From contig JAGOMX010000003.1 of NCBI GenBank assembly GCA_017993335.1, positions 790-64,789 of the forward strand: 64,000 nt of DNA, in the 5' to 3' direction. This DNA comes from Alphaproteobacteria bacterium. Lineage in GTDB: Bacteria > Pseudomonadota > Alphaproteobacteria > JAGOMX01. This document shows, in pieces, positions 1 to 11,219 of the stretch. How positions within the stretch are numbered: the stretch's first letter is position 1; every line of letters starts with the position of its first letter. A program made the translations under genes and the position numbers. Under the pieces are notes generated by a model. That model was not told the origin of the DNA. It ran no database searches and saw only the letters and a program-made list of their open reading frames with translations.

Positions 1-240
1 CAAGAAAGAGAGCTTGCCAGAATACATGCGAAGATTTATACAACACAAGAAGCTATGCATATATTGCAGGCAGAGTGGTCGTATCTCAATGAGCCTGGTC
101 GTTTGCAAAAACTGGCCTCTAAACATTTGAAGTTGGCCCCGTCGGATTCGGTGCAGTTGGTTGCGTATAAAAACTTGGATGATTTAACTCGTCCTCACAA
201 GGGAACTGCCTTCGGCGAGCTGCAACCTGTTAAGTATTAA
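1..240 (+). CDS. ftsL: Cell division protein FtsL, C-terminal part; the ORF runs in frame from before the window start
   Basis: The frame is open from nt 1 (QERELARIHAKIYTTQEAMHILQAEWSYLNEPGRLQKLASKHL...). The WxYLNxPxRLxxLAxKHLxL motif is typical of alphaproteobacterial FtsL. It lies immediately upstream of ftsI, as in the dcw cluster. Confidence 0.5.
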   Translation, partial: QERELARIHAKIYTTQEAMHILQAEWSYLNEPGRLQKLASKHLKLAPSDSVQLVAYKNLDDLTRPHKGTAFGELQPVKY

Positions 241-259
241 AAAGTAGGATATTTTAGCC

Positions 260-1972
260 TTGTCGTTTCATCCCAAGGTCCTCAATCTTTTTAAAGTGGG
301 GCCGGAAAATCATAGTATTGTTCGCCAGGCCTTAGACATTGCAAAGACACGTCTGCTGTTGGCGATGGCGGGGATGGTATTGGGTTTTGCTCTGGTGACC
401 ATAAAATTAGTTACGGTTACGTGTTTTCATGGTGGACAAGACTATGCCTCTAACGGAAATCAGCATAATGGCTTAAATATGGGGCGTGCTACCTTTAAGG
501 ATCGTAACGGAGAAGTTTTAGCCACAACGATTGCTACGTCATCCTTGTATGCCAATCCCAAAAAAATATTGAATCCTAAGGAGGTCGTCTCCAAGCTTAA
601 AACTGTTTTCCCTCATCTGAATGAGAAGGATGTGCTGGAAAAATTGAAAAGTGATAAGACTTTCTTGTGGATTGTGCGGCATTTGACGCCGCAGCAAAAA
701 TCCGCGGTCATGCGTTTAGGGCAACCGGGTTTAGAGTTCATGCGGGATACGAAAAGGGTGTATCCTTTTGGTGAATTATTATCCCATGCGGTAGGTTTCG
801 TGGACGTGGACAATACAGGTATATCCGGTCTTGAAAAGGGTATGGATCAGCATCTGCGCAGCACTAACGAGCCTGTGGAGTTGTCTTTAGATATACGACT
901 GCAGCATATTTTATTCGATGAACTGCATAAAACAGTCCATAATTTTTCTGCAGAAGGCGGCAGCACGATGATGATGGATATCGTCACCGGCGAAATTTTA
1001 GCGATGGTTTCTTTGCCTGACTTTGATCCAAATAAACCGGTTATTGAAAACCCACAGGCCTTATTTAATCGTAACACGCTAGGCGTTTATGAAATGGGGT
1101 CTTCCATGAAGATTATCAATACGGCTTTAGCGTTACAATCAGGGATAGCGACCATTGAAACAAAATTTGATGCCACGCAGCCCCTGAAGGTTGGTCGGCA
1201 TTTTGTCACCGACTATCATGCCAAGAATACATGGTTAACGGTGGAAGAAATATTTGTGTACTCTTCGAACATCGGCTCTGCGCGGATGGCTTTAAAGGCG
1301 GGTAGCGATAGGCAGAAAAGTTTTATGAAGGAAATAGGATTCTTGCATTCCCAGAAACTAGAAATTCCTGAATTAGCACAACCGCTCGTGCCAATGACGT
1401 GGAAAGAAGCAAATACCATAACGATTTCCTATGGTTATGGTTTATCCGTTTCGCCGTTACATACATCGGTGGCTATTGCGGGTATTGTGAATGAGGGAAA
1501 AATGGTGGAGCAGCCAACCCTTTTAAAACGTAGCCCACAAGAAACAAAATATAAACAGATTGTGAGTTCCGATGTATCTGCAAAAGTTTTAAACTTAATG
1601 CAACAAAGTGTTATCCGTGGAACGAGCCGTAAGGGTTCTGTGCCGGGTATTATGGTCGGGGGCAAAACTGGAACCGCAAACCAGAGGCGTAGCCATGGGC
1701 GGGGGTATATCGCGAATGCGGTGAATACAACATTTGTTTGTGTTTTCCCAGAAAAACCCAAGTATCTGGTCTTTGTTATGTTGGATGGACCAAAAGCTAA
1801 AAAAGAGACTTTTGGTTTTAATACAGCAGGCTGGAATGCGGCACCTTTAGCCTCGAGCATTATTCAAAGGGCAGCCCCTATTTTAGGTGTGTTTCCTGAA
1901 TTAGAAAAACCGAATGAATCCAGTGGCGCAGCCACTTTGCGTCCCGCAGTATTGAAAGATAAACATGAATAA
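260..1972 (+). CDS. ftsI: Peptidoglycan D,D-transpeptidase FtsI (PBP3)
   Basis: 570 aa with an N-terminal TM helix, a PBP dimerisation domain and a transpeptidase domain (KTGTA motif). First gene of the dcw block before murE. Confidence 0.9.
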   Translation: MSFHPKVLNLFKVGPENHSIVRQALDIAKTRLLLAMAGMVLGFALVTIKLVTVTCFHGGQDYASNGNQHNGLNMGRATFKDRNGEVLATTIATSSLYANPKKILNPKEVVSKLKTVFPHLNEKDVLEKLKSDKTFLWIVRHLTPQQKSAVMRLGQPGLEFMRDTKRVYPFGELLSHAVGFVDVDNTGISGLEKGMDQHLRSTNEPVELSLDIRLQHILFDELHKTVHNFSAEGGSTMMMDIVTGEILAMVSLPDFDPNKPVIENPQALFNRNTLGVYEMGSSMKIINTALALQSGIATIETKFDATQPLKVGRHFVTDYHAKNTWLTVEEIFVYSSNIGSARMALKAGSDRQKSFMKEIGFLHSQKLEIPELAQPLVPMTWKEANTITISYGYGLSVSPLHTSVAIAGIVNEGKMVEQPTLLKRSPQETKYKQIVSSDVSAKVLNLMQQSVIRGTSRKGSVPGIMVGGKTGTANQRRSHGRGYIANAVNTTFVCVFPEKPKYLVFVMLDGPKAKKETFGFNTAGWNAAPLASSIIQRAAPILGVFPELEKPNESSGAATLRPAVLKDKHE

Positions 1973-3425
1973 GTCTGATGTTTTGCAGAGTTTTGTGAGT
2001 CAAAATTGTTTTAGTGAGGAGGCAGATTGGGTTGTCACTCGCGTGGTTACGGATTCCAATCAGGCTGTTCCAGACTCTATTTTTGTTGCGCTGCCATCGG
2101 TATGGGAGGGCAAAACAGGGGGTGAGGCTTATATATCGCAAGCTATAAAGAATGGGGCTCGCCTGATTATAACGAAAGAAAATCCCCCACAAAAACGACA
2201 AGACCTGACTTGGATACAAGTGGAGAATCCACACAAAGTATTGTCGCAGTTGGCGAGAAAATTCTATCCAGAACAACCAGAAACAGTTGTTGCGGTTACG
2301 GGGACCAATGGTAAATCATCCATTGTTGATTTCATTTTTCAGATTTGGCAAACCAGCGGATTTTTATCGGCGCGCATGGGGACTATAGGTGTAAAAGATA
2401 GTCTAGGCAGTCTATATGAAGAAACAGCTGGCATGACCACACCGGATGCGGTGACAATTCATCGCACGTTGCAGCGCTTGAAGCAAAATAAAATACAGTA
2501 TTTAGCGATGGAATCTTCCAGTCATGCATTGGTGCAGCATCGTATGGATAGCGTGCAAATAAAATTGGCTTCTTTTACCAATTTAACCCATGAACATTTA
2601 GATTATCATCAGGATATACGCACCTATTTTGCGGCGAAGACTCGTTTGTTTGAAGATATTTTACCGCAAGACGCCATAGCGATTGTGAATGTGGATGATG
2701 CTTATGGCCGGGAATTGGTTGCAAAACTTAAGGCACAATCGAGGACTGTCGTAACCTATGGCGAGACCTCTGCGGATTTTATGTTTACGGTTAAAAATAT
2801 ACACAGCCATGGTATGGATGTTGAGCTTAACATTTACGGGAGATCGTATTCATTGCTCTTTCCCCTAATTGGTAGTTTTCAGATCTCTAATGCGGTTTGC
2901 GCTGTGGCGAATGCGGTGCATTCAGGTGTGGAGGAAAAAGCGGCAGTGCTAGCTCTTGAACATTTACAATCGGTGTCGGGTCGTTTGCAAAAAGTCAGTG
3001 ATCAGGTTTATGTGGATTATGCCCATACCCCAGATGCCTTATCTACAGCTTTAAAAGCTTTGCGCGGTCATTGCTCGGGGGCTTTGTCTGTCGTCTTTGG
3101 CTGTGGGGGAAACCGGGATCCTTTCAAAAGGCCATTGATGGGAAAAATAGCCGCGGAGCTGGCAGATAGAGTTTACATCACCGATGATAATCCCCGGTTT
3201 GAAGACCCAGTCCTCATACGGCAGCAAATTATTGAGGCCTGTCCTGGTGCTTTTAATTTTTCCTCTAGAAAATTAGCTATATATCAAGCTATACAAGACT
3301 TAAGCACTGGTGATATGTTGTTAATTGCCGGTAAAGGGCATGAAACGGGGCAAATTGTTGGCGATGTGACGGAGCCTTTTAACGATACGGATGTGGCGCG
3401 CGAAGCTTTAAGAGAGGATAAATGA
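1965..3425 (+). CDS. murE: UDP-N-acetylmuramoyl-L-alanyl-D-glutamate--2,6-diaminopimelate ligase
   Basis: 486 aa Mur ligase with the GTNGKSS P-loop and a DNPR motif. dcw position between ftsI and murF; overlaps ftsI by 8 nt. Confidence 0.9.
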   Translation: MNKSDVLQSFVSQNCFSEEADWVVTRVVTDSNQAVPDSIFVALPSVWEGKTGGEAYISQAIKNGARLIITKENPPQKRQDLTWIQVENPHKVLSQLARKFYPEQPETVVAVTGTNGKSSIVDFIFQIWQTSGFLSARMGTIGVKDSLGSLYEETAGMTTPDAVTIHRTLQRLKQNKIQYLAMESSSHALVQHRMDSVQIKLASFTNLTHEHLDYHQDIRTYFAAKTRLFEDILPQDAIAIVNVDDAYGRELVAKLKAQSRTVVTYGETSADFMFTVKNIHSHGMDVELNIYGRSYSLLFPLIGSFQISNAVCAVANAVHSGVEEKAAVLALEHLQSVSGRLQKVSDQVYVDYAHTPDALSTALKALRGHCSGALSVVFGCGGNRDPFKRPLMGKIAAELADRVYITDDNPRFEDPVLIRQQIIEACPGAFNFSSRKLAIYQAIQDLSTGDMLLIAGKGHETGQIVGDVTEPFNDTDVAREALREDK

Positions 3426-4846
3426 ATAATCTATGGACGGCGGCGCAGATCAATAAACTATTTTCTTGTGCCTTATCGCCAGAATGGTCTGCAAAAGGCG
3501 TTTCGATTGACTCCCGCAGTTTAGTGCCTGGGCAAATCTATGTGGCGCTTAAAGGGGCTAAATTGGATGGTCATGACTTTGTGTCGGCGGCGGTGGCGGC
3601 TGGAGCTAGTGCGGTTATTGTGGAAAAATCTATGGATGTAGCTGTTCCACAAATACTTGTGGAGAATGCTTTAGATGCCTTGCGACTTTTAGCACAATCG
3701 GCTAGATCTGTGACGGAATCTAAGGTGGCGGGGATCACAGGGAGTGTGGGGAAGACGAGTACGAAAGAGGCCTTACTGTTCATTTTGCAAGACCAGGCGG
3801 CAACGTATGCAACGCCTCGTAGTTTTAATAATCATTGGGGGCTGCCGCTATCTGTGGCGAATATGCCTGGGGATGCTGCCTATAGTATTATTGAAATGGG
3901 CATGAATCATCGCGGTGAAATTGCGGGACATACCCAACTTGCCAGGCCGCATGTGGCGTATATCACGAATATAGAAGCGGTGCATTTGGGCAACTTGGGA
4001 TCTATTCAAGCTATCGCGGAGGCAAAATCAGAAATTTTTGAAGGTCTTGTTCCTGGTGGAATTTGTATTCTCAATAGTGATTCCCAGCAATTAGATGTGT
4101 TGGAGGCCGCCGCAAGAAAAGCTAATCCAGCGGAAATCTGGTTCGTGGGGACAACCGCCAAAGCGAATGTCAGATTATATGAATCAGAAGTGTTTTCAGA
4201 TCATCAAATTGTTCATGCGGATATCGCTGGCGTCAAACTTACCTATCGCTTGAATGTTATGGGGCCCCATTGGGTGTTGAATAGCTTAGGGATTTTAGCG
4301 GTCGTAAAAGCTTTAGGCGCGGATGTAGAATTAGCCGCGGCTAAATTACAAGATTTTCAAGCCATAGCAGGACGTGGTCAAACCCATCTGGTGGATTTAA
4401 CCCATCATCAACAGATTATGGTTATTGATGATAGCTATAATGCGGGACCAGTTTCCATGAAGGCGGCGATTCATGTGCTCGGTCAATCCAAGTTGACACC
4501 GCAAAGCAGGCGAATTGCCGTTTTGGGGGACATGTATGAAATTGGACCACAAGAAGTCGAAGAACATGTAAAATTAGCCGAGATTCTGGTGCAACAGAAT
4601 ATCCATTGCGTTTATACCAGTGGAGCTTTGATGAAAAATTTGTATGATGCGCTTCCAGATTCTATGCGGGGTAGGCATGAGGATGATCCTAAAAAGCTTG
4701 CGGATCTTTTGTTAAAAGAAGTTCAGGCTGGCGATATCTATATGGTGAAAGGATCTCGCGGGGGGTATCAAGAAAAAGGGCGCATGTATGCGGTTGTAGA
4801 GGCTTTATTACAGATGCAAAACGGGAAAAAAGAACGTGCTGTATAA
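3422..4846 (+). CDS. murF: UDP-N-acetylmuramoyl-tripeptide--D-alanyl-D-alanine ligase
   Basis: 474 aa Mur ligase ([10 protein letters not shown]). Overlaps murE by 4 nt; dcw order. Confidence 0.9.
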   Translation: MNNLWTAAQINKLFSCALSPEWSAKGVSIDSRSLVPGQIYVALKGAKLDGHDFVSAAVAAGASAVIVEKSMDVAVPQILVENALDALRLLAQSARSVTESKVAGITGSVGKTSTKEALLFILQDQAATYATPRSFNNHWGLPLSVANMPGDAAYSIIEMGMNHRGEIAGHTQLARPHVAYITNIEAVHLGNLGSIQAIAEAKSEIFEGLVPGGICILNSDSQQLDVLEAAARKANPAEIWFVGTTAKANVRLYESEVFSDHQIVHADIAGVKLTYRLNVMGPHWVLNSLGILAVVKALGADVELAAAKLQDFQAIAGRGQTHLVDLTHHQQIMVIDDSYNAGPVSMKAAIHVLGQSKLTPQSRRIAVLGDMYEIGPQEVEEHVKLAEILVQQNIHCVYTSGALMKNLYDALPDSMRGRHEDDPKKLADLLLKEVQAGDIYMVKGSRGGYQEKGRMYAVVEALLQMQNGKKERAV

Positions 4847-5924
4847 CTTATTATTTCCATACTCTAACGAGATTGCCTTTCTAAACGTATTTAAATACAT
4901 AACGTTTCGTACAGGTGGCGCAATTCTGACAGCTCTTTTGATTAGTTTTGTCATTGGTCCTGGCTTTATTCGGTGGTTGAAGAAAAAGCAGAAAGAGGGC
5001 CAGCCTATACGAGATGATGGCCCGGCTAGTCATCTGCTGACGAAGAAGGGGACACCCACTATGGGTGGGGCGCTCATTCTTGCGGCGTTGAGTATATCGA
5101 CGTTGTTGTGGGCTGATTTAACGAATCCCTATATCTGGGTGACCTTGTTTGTCACGCTGGGGTTTGGTGGTCTGGGGGCTTTTGATGATTATTTGAAATT
5201 AACGAAACGATCCTCGAAGGGTTTATCGGGTAAAATGAAGCTTGTGGGGCAGATCGCGATTTCTCTTGTGGCGGCCTATATTATTGTGATTCTTTCTGAA
5301 CCGGATCTGGCGAATAAAATTGCTATTCCTGTTTTTAAAAATACTTTTTTGAATTTGGGGTGGATGTTTATTCCCTGGGCCATTGTGGTGATGATCGGTG
5401 CGTCGAATGCTGTTAACTTAACAGATGGTTTAGATGGTTTGGCGATCGTTCCGGTTATGATAGCGGCAATGTGTTTTGGACTGATTGCTTATTTGGCCGG
5501 AAATATTGTTTTTTCCGGCTATCTGCAACTCAATTATGTGGCCGGTAGCGGTGAGATTGCTATTCTTTGCGGAGCGGTATTGGGCGCTGGTCTTGGGTTC
5601 TTGTGGTTCAATGCCCCGCCAGCTATGGTTTTTATGGGAGATACAGGGTCTCTGGCTGTGGGCGGTATGTTGGGAACGATAAGTGTTATTACGAAACACG
5701 AGTTAGTCTTGGCGGTCGTCGGTGGGCTGTTTGTCATGGAGACGGTATCTGTCATTATACAGGTTGTCTATTTTAAAATGACGGGCCGTCGTGTATTCTT
5801 AATGGCACCGATTCATCATCATTTTGAAAAAAAGGGCTGGGCGGAGCAAACGATTGTTATTCGTTTTTGGATCATAGCGGCCATATTGGCGTTAGTTGGT
5901 CTTTCCACATTGAAGTTGAGGTAA
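4836..5924 (+). CDS. mraY: Phospho-N-acetylmuramoyl-pentapeptide transferase
   Basis: 362 aa polytopic membrane protein with conserved MraY motifs ([24 protein letters not shown]). dcw position. Confidence 0.95.
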   Translation: MLYNLLFPYSNEIAFLNVFKYITFRTGGAILTALLISFVIGPGFIRWLKKKQKEGQPIRDDGPASHLLTKKGTPTMGGALILAALSISTLLWADLTNPYIWVTLFVTLGFGGLGAFDDYLKLTKRSSKGLSGKMKLVGQIAISLVAAYIIVILSEPDLANKIAIPVFKNTFLNLGWMFIPWAIVVMIGASNAVNLTDGLDGLAIVPVMIAAMCFGLIAYLAGNIVFSGYLQLNYVAGSGEIAILCGAVLGAGLGFLWFNAPPAMVFMGDTGSLAVGGMLGTISVITKHELVLAVVGGLFVMETVSVIIQVVYFKMTGRRVFLMAPIHHHFEKKGWAEQTIVIRFWIIAAILALVGLSTLKLR

Positions 5925-5928
5925 CCAC

Positions 5929-7362
5929 ATGATTATCGTTGAGAGCTTTGCCGGACAAAATGTCATCGTTTTGGGATTAGGCCGTACGGGAAAAGCAGCG
6001 GCTCGAGCTATCCAGGCGGGTGGCGGAAACGTCTATGCATGGGATGATAATTCATTGCTGCGTACAGAAGCCAGAAATGCCGATATACAAGTTATGGATC
6101 CATTGCGTTTGGATTGGAAAACGATTGCCGTGCTGGTGATGAGCCCTGGAATACCTCATACCTTTCCTGAGCCTCATCCTGTTGCGGCGAAGGCTCGTAA
6201 TGCTGGTGTACCAATTGTTTCAGATGTGGATCTTTTAGGCCGCACGCAGACCGCGGCGAAATATATTGGTATAACGGGAACCAATGGTAAGTCTACGACC
6301 ACATCTCTTATCGGGCATATTTTAAAGAAAACGCATCAAAATGTAGAAGTGGGCGGTAATATTGGGATTCCGTCTTTAACGTTGGAGCCTTTAGACGCGG
6401 ATGGAATCTATGTGCTGGAAATGTCTTCATTCTTAAATGAATTAACCCGATCCATACGTTTTGATGCGGCCGTTTTATTGAATATTACTCCCGACCATAT
6501 TGATCGGCATGGAAGTATGGAGGGGTATGTGGCGGCCAAGGAATTGATATTCCAAAACCAAAAGCCGGGCAGCATTGCCATTGTCGGTATGGACGATGCA
6601 CGCAGTATGCGTATTTATCATCGTTTAAAGAATAACTCACACACAAAAGTTGTCGGCATTTCAGCGCGTAAAGCGATAAAAGGTGGAATTTATTATAAGG
6701 ATGGTCTTTTGATAGATGACGCGTTCTCTCAACAAGCCATAGTTCTGGACGCCCGCAAGGGAACCAAGTTTATCTTGGGTCTGCACTGGCAGAGCGTTTG
6801 TGCGGCCTATGCAGTGGCTCGACATTTTGGTGTGAGTCGTCCGATGATTCTGGAAAGTATGGAAACTTTTGAAGGGATGGATCATCGCCAACAATATATC
6901 GCGACAATTGACGATGTTCTTTATATTAACGATAGCAAGGCGACAAACATGGCTTCCGCGAAGGAAGCTCTAAACACTTTCCAGGATATTTTTTGGATTC
7001 TGGGTGGTCGGATGAAAGGTGAGAGTTTGAGTAGCCTTTCCGATTATTTCCCTAAAGTTAAAAAGGCTTTTTTGATTGGTGAGGCTATTGATTCCTTTGC
7101 GAGCGTATTCACGTCAGCGGGAGTGCCTTATGAAGAATCAGGGGATTTAGAGCAGGCGGTTCTGGACGCACGTCGAGCGGCTCTGTCTTCTGAATGTGCG
7201 AATCCGACTGTTTTGCTCAGTCCTGCCTGCGCGAGTTTTGATCAGTTTGATAACTTCGAAGAACGGGGCAAGTTGTTTTGCAAAGTGGTTCTCGAATTGC
7301 CCGGTTTGCGCCTGCACCGTGAGGATAAAGAGCAAAAAACGTCTTTTCTAGAGGTGATATAA
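5929..7362 (+). CDS. murD: UDP-N-acetylmuramoylalanine--D-glutamate ligase
   Basis: 477 aa with an N-terminal Rossmann region (VLGLGRTG) and the Mur ligase P-loop GTNGKST. dcw position. Confidence 0.9.
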   Translation: MIIVESFAGQNVIVLGLGRTGKAAARAIQAGGGNVYAWDDNSLLRTEARNADIQVMDPLRLDWKTIAVLVMSPGIPHTFPEPHPVAAKARNAGVPIVSDVDLLGRTQTAAKYIGITGTNGKSTTTSLIGHILKKTHQNVEVGGNIGIPSLTLEPLDADGIYVLEMSSFLNELTRSIRFDAAVLLNITPDHIDRHGSMEGYVAAKELIFQNQKPGSIAIVGMDDARSMRIYHRLKNNSHTKVVGISARKAIKGGIYYKDGLLIDDAFSQQAIVLDARKGTKFILGLHWQSVCAAYAVARHFGVSRPMILESMETFEGMDHRQQYIATIDDVLYINDSKATNMASAKEALNTFQDIFWILGGRMKGESLSSLSDYFPKVKKAFLIGEAIDSFASVFTSAGVPYEESGDLEQAVLDARRAALSSECANPTVLLSPACASFDQFDNFEERGKLFCKVVLELPGLRLHREDKEQKTSFLEVI

Positions 7363-8499
7363 ATGTCAACGACAATCTCCCGCAACGACCGAAGTTTAAT
7401 GGGCCAGTGGTGGTGGACGGTAGATCGCTGGTTATTGGGATCTGTTTGTTTGCTTATGGTTTTGGGGTTGTTGATGTCCTTTGCGGCGAGTCCGTCGGTG
7501 GCCAGTACGCTAAATATTAACCCTTATTATTTTGTTATTCGTCATACGGCATATCTGATTCCATCTATGTTATGCCTTGTGGCGGTTTCCTTGTCTAGCC
7601 CACGGAATATCCGAAGAATTGCTTTAATTTTATTTTTATTCAGTGTGGGCCTTGTGTTAATGACATTGTTTTTTGGTGTGGAGATCAAGGGGGCGCGGCG
7701 ATGGATTTCATTTGCTGGCACGTCCATTCAACCGTCGGAGTTATTAAAACCTGGATTTGCGATTATTACGGCATGGATGTTATCTGAAAAAAGGCTATAT
7801 CCAGAATTTCCTGGGGCTTTGGTCAGTTTTCTGGTCTATATTTTTTCTATTAGTTTGCTGTTGATGCAGCCGGACTTGGGTATGGTTGTTTTGCTGACGC
7901 TTGTGTGGTTTTCCCAGTTATTTTTAGCGGGATTGTCTATGGTCTGGGTTTTCATTGCAGGGGGTCTAGGTGTGGGTGGGCTTGGCTTGGCGTATCTGTT
8001 TCTACCTCACGTAACGAAACGTATAGATCAATTTTTCAATGGGGATGGTGGCGATCGTTTTGGGGATAAATATCAAATTACTCAATCACTAGAAGCCTTC
8101 ATGAGTGGTGGTTTCATGGGGCAGGGTCCGGGGGAAGGTGTTGTTAAGCGGTTTATTCCGGACGCGCATGCGGACTTTGTCTTTGCTGTGGCCGCGGAAG
8201 AGTTTGGTTTTATCTTTTGTGCTTTTCTGATTTTTATATTTTTATTTGTGGTTATTCGCAGCCTATTGCGTGTATTTCGGCAGGATAACCTTTTTGCGAT
8301 TTTAGCGGTGGGTGGATTGGTTTTACAGTTTGGGCTGCAAGCTTTAATCAATATTGCCTCTACGTTAAACTTAATTCCGACCAAGGGCATGACCTTGCCA
8401 TTTTTGAGTTATGGGGGGTCCTCTATCCTTACATTAGCCATATCTATGGGTATGGTTTTGGCTTTAACCCGCCATCATTATAGTGGTGAGAGGTCATGA
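7363..8499 (+). CDS. ftsW: Peptidoglycan glycosyltransferase FtsW (SEDS family)
   Basis: 378 aa multi-TM SEDS protein (PDAHADFVFAV and LPTKGMTLPFLSYGGSS motifs). Start codon immediately follows the murD stop. Confidence 0.9.
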   Translation: MSTTISRNDRSLMGQWWWTVDRWLLGSVCLLMVLGLLMSFAASPSVASTLNINPYYFVIRHTAYLIPSMLCLVAVSLSSPRNIRRIALILFLFSVGLVLMTLFFGVEIKGARRWISFAGTSIQPSELLKPGFAIITAWMLSEKRLYPEFPGALVSFLVYIFSISLLLMQPDLGMVVLLTLVWFSQLFLAGLSMVWVFIAGGLGVGGLGLAYLFLPHVTKRIDQFFNGDGGDRFGDKYQITQSLEAFMSGGFMGQGPGEGVVKRFIPDAHADFVFAVAAEEFGFIFCAFLIFIFLFVVIRSLLRVFRQDNLFAILAVGGLVLQFGLQALINIASTLNLIPTKGMTLPFLSYGGSSILTLAISMGMVLALTRHHYSGERS

Positions 8500-9551
8500 C
8501 ACGTTTTCTGTTTACCGCTGGTGGCACGGGTGGTCATATGTTCCCTGCATCCGTAGTTGCAGAAAAATTGATGGGGTTAGGGCATGAAGTACATTTCTTG
8601 ACGGATGTCAGGGGTGCATCGTATTTACCGGATTCTTTACCTTTTACAGCCTTAGATCTGTCGGCATTAGGAAAACGTAAGTGGTGGAGCCTACCTTTGG
8701 TTTTGGGACAGTTGATGGTGGCATGTCTTTATAGTTTGTCCTATTTTATAAGATTTAAACCCGAAAAAGTCGTTGGATTTGGTGGATATGTGACGTTTCC
8801 TGTTTTGCTGATGTGTAAAATATTTGGAGTGCCTTATTATTTACATGAGCAAAACTCTGTTATGGGTAAAGTGAACCGTTGGTTTTCTCGCACCGCCATG
8901 TGCATCATGACGAGTTTTCCGGATACAATCCCCGATACAGGAGAGCTCGTATACACAGGCCTTCCCGTCCGAGAATCTTTACATGCTTTATCGGCAGAAA
9001 AATATGAGACGCCCGCAAAGGAATTTAATGTTCTGGTGATCGGCGGAAGTCAGGGGGCCTCTATCTTTTCTACCACCATTCCGCCTGCATTACGTATGTT
9101 ATCAGAAAGGGTGCCTATCCCCATCCATGTGCATCAACAATGCCGGGCAGGGGATTTGGATTTTGTGGCACAGGCTTATAAAGATTCAAAAATCACGGCG
9201 CATACGGATGTATTTTTTCAGGATATGAAACAAGCTTATAAAAACGCTCACATCGTTATCTGTCGGGCGGGAGCTTCATCTATTGCAGAACTATGTCTGG
9301 TGGGGAAGCCCGCTCTATTGGTGCCCTTTGCAAAGGCAATGGATGATCACCAAACTTTAAATGCGCAATTCATTACCAAAAACCAAGCCGGTTGGTCCAT
9401 GGCTGAGGCAGACTTTACGCCAGAAGTTTTAGTCAATTTGCTGCAGAAACTCATTCAAGATCAAGACCTTTTGATGCAAGCCAGCGTTGCCATGAAAAAA
9501 TTGGGACAACCAGAGGCAACAAACAAAATTGTCAGCCAGGTTACTCGCTAG
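8496..9551 (+). CDS. murG: UDP-GlcNAc:lipid I N-acetylglucosaminyltransferase
   Basis: 351 aa GT28 protein (GGTGGHMFPA N-terminus). Overlaps ftsW by 4 nt. It is the last dcw gene present; murC/murB/ddl/ftsQAZ are absent from the window. Confidence 0.9.
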   Translation: MTRFLFTAGGTGGHMFPASVVAEKLMGLGHEVHFLTDVRGASYLPDSLPFTALDLSALGKRKWWSLPLVLGQLMVACLYSLSYFIRFKPEKVVGFGGYVTFPVLLMCKIFGVPYYLHEQNSVMGKVNRWFSRTAMCIMTSFPDTIPDTGELVYTGLPVRESLHALSAEKYETPAKEFNVLVIGGSQGASIFSTTIPPALRMLSERVPIPIHVHQQCRAGDLDFVAQAYKDSKITAHTDVFFQDMKQAYKNAHIVICRAGASSIAELCLVGKPALLVPFAKAMDDHQTLNAQFITKNQAGWSMAEADFTPEVLVNLLQKLIQDQDLLMQASVAMKKLGQPEATNKIVSQVTR

Positions 9552-10542
9552 ATGAATCGCCAACGCGTCTTTTTTTCCAATCGGACGTAGCGCTTAGGGT
9601 CTTTTCCATGGTAGACGCATTATCTTTTAGTATGGATATACCGTCTTTATGCGTCAGGTCTTCCGGAAGGGTGCTAACGTTGTTATGGCGAATATCAAGA
9701 AATTGTAAAGCGATTAGCCCAGAAAGTTTATCGGATATAAAATAAAGGTGATTGTTGTTAAGGGTGAGAACCCTTAGTTTGAAGGCTTTTATCTCCCCTA
9801 TATAAATCTCTCTGATATGGTTATCGCTGAGACACAGGAACTCCAGAGCAGGCATCATAAATACTCCCGAGGGCAGAAAAGTTAGGCTCGCGGAGCATAT
9901 AAATAATTTCTGCAGGGCCCTCATGCACACAATCCTGTCGGGTATGTTTGGGATTTGATTATGGGATAAATCTAGCTCCCCAAGTTTATCTAAATTCAGA
10001 AGGGCTGGTGGAAATTCTGTTAGATTATTGTTTTTTAAAGTGAGGATCCTTAAGCCCGCCAAGAACTCAAAGCTGGAAATAAGGGAGGCTAACTGATTTT
10101 TATGTAAGTATAAGGTGTGCAGCTTTGTAAGCCTGCTAAATTTAACGGGTATGGTGTGGAGCATATTGTGGCTTATATCGAGATAAATTAAATGAGTAAG
10201 ACTACCGATCTCATTCGGGATGATAGTGATGTAGTTATGAGATACGTCTAGGTATGTTAGCGAAGAAAGCTGACATATGTCTGTGCTCAGGCGACCTCTG
10301 AAGCGATTTTTTGAAAGGATGAGAGTGGTTATGTTCTTAAAGCTGTGAATTTCATGGGGTAGAGTGAGAAGCTCTTTTTCGGATAAATTAACCTCCGTGC
10401 GCTCGGAATCAAGGGTTAGATCTGCCAGCAAATCTGGAACATCAGATGCACATAAAGAATTTATCGTGATCATCCAGATGAACAAAGCAAATATTGTATT
10501 TTTCACATGCATCCCTATGAAAGCCCCTAGCTTAGCCATCAA
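9541..10542 (-). CDS. Secreted leucine-rich-repeat protein (~11 LRRs); eukaryotic-like, candidate effector
   Basis: 333 aa with an N-terminal hydrophobic signal-like segment. It has tandem 23-24 aa LxxLxxLxLxxNxLxxLPxxI repeats, the same type as Ras-suppressor/YopM/Legionella LRR effectors. Convergent with murG. Confidence 0.75.
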   Translation of the reverse strand: MMAKLGAFIGMHVKNTIFALFIWMITINSLCASDVPDLLADLTLDSERTEVNLSEKELLTLPHEIHSFKNITTLILSKNRFRGRLSTDICQLSSLTYLDVSHNYITIIPNEIGSLTHLIYLDISHNMLHTIPVKFSRLTKLHTLYLHKNQLASLISSFEFLAGLRILTLKNNNLTEFPPALLNLDKLGELDLSHNQIPNIPDRIVCMRALQKLFICSASLTFLPSGVFMMPALEFLCLSDNHIREIYIGEIKAFKLRVLTLNNNHLYFISDKLSGLIALQFLDIRHNNVSTLPEDLTHKDGISILKDNASTMEKTLSATSDWKKRRVGDSSSE

Positions 10543-10597
10543 TCATGCCAGGGAAAATCCTCCGGGTCATTACTTTTTTTAAGTTGTCCCCAACAGT

Positions 10598-10924
10598 TTA
10601 GTGAATCACTGCGTGATGAACGGGAATCTTCTTTATTTCATCGGCTAAATTAAGTTCCGCCTCCCAGAGATCATACGTTTGTTGCATGCGCAGCCACATT
10701 ATGGGGCTATTGTTACAAAAACGCCCTAAGCGCAAAGCCATAGACGGGCTTATGGATTGGGATCCATTTAAAATCCTATGTAGTGTTTGACGAGTAATGC
10801 CAAGTTCTTTGGCTGCTGCGCTTACAGACAGGCCTAAATTTGGTAACACATCTTCCTTTAGTATTTGTCCAGGGTGAGTAGGTGCCCTGTCAGGGCGTCT
10901 TTCAACCAAATATTCTTTCTTCAT
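10598..10924 (-). CDS. higA: HigA-family antitoxin (XRE-type HTH)
   Basis: 108 aa. HTH motif LSVSAAAKELGITRQTLHRILNG. Located immediately downstream of a HigB-like toxin gene (the higBA gene order). Confidence 0.8.
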   Translation of the reverse strand: MKKEYLVERRPDRAPTHPGQILKEDVLPNLGLSVSAAAKELGITRQTLHRILNGSQSISPSMALRLGRFCNNSPIMWLRMQQTYDLWEAELNLADEIKKIPVHHAVIH

Positions 10925-10935
10925 TTTTAATCTCC

Positions 10936-11211
10936 TTAGTGGTATTGCTCAAGATCCACAGCCCACGCATCACTATCTTTCCATTCAAAAGTAATGCACC
11001 ATGGCCCGTTGATATGAACCGTATATCTTTTAGGGCTTCCCAGCAGACTATGGAAATTGAACCCAGGGATGTTCATGTCCTCTGGTTTTTCCGCTTGATC
11101 CAGGGCGTCAAGCCTCCGAATGCATCGGGCGATGAGCTTTTGATCAAGTTTAGAAGACTTTCCGGTTATAAATAGGTCTTTAAGTGCCTTGCTGTGAAAA
11201 CTCTTTATCAT
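10936..11211 (-). CDS. higB: HigB-family toxin (RelE/ParE superfamily mRNA interferase)
   Basis: Starts MIKSFHSKALKDLF... and ends ...WAVDLEQYH, closely resembling HigB-2/plasmid-maintenance-killer proteins. I trimmed the start by 5 codons relative to the ORF track to match HigB N-termini. Confidence 0.75.
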   Translation of the reverse strand: MIKSFHSKALKDLFITGKSSKLDQKLIARCIRRLDALDQAEKPEDMNIPGFNFHSLLGSPKRYTVHINGPWCITFEWKDSDAWAVDLEQYH

Positions 11212-11219
11212 GTTTAACT

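Noticed and set aside
5430-5776. Four overlapping small ORFs inside mraY on both strands
   Set aside because: Internal to the highly conserved mraY frame. No independent support.
10364-11175. Plus-strand ORFs of 72 and 97 aa overlapping the LRR gene and higA/higB
   Set aside because: They overlap well-supported minus-strand genes. No RBS or homology.
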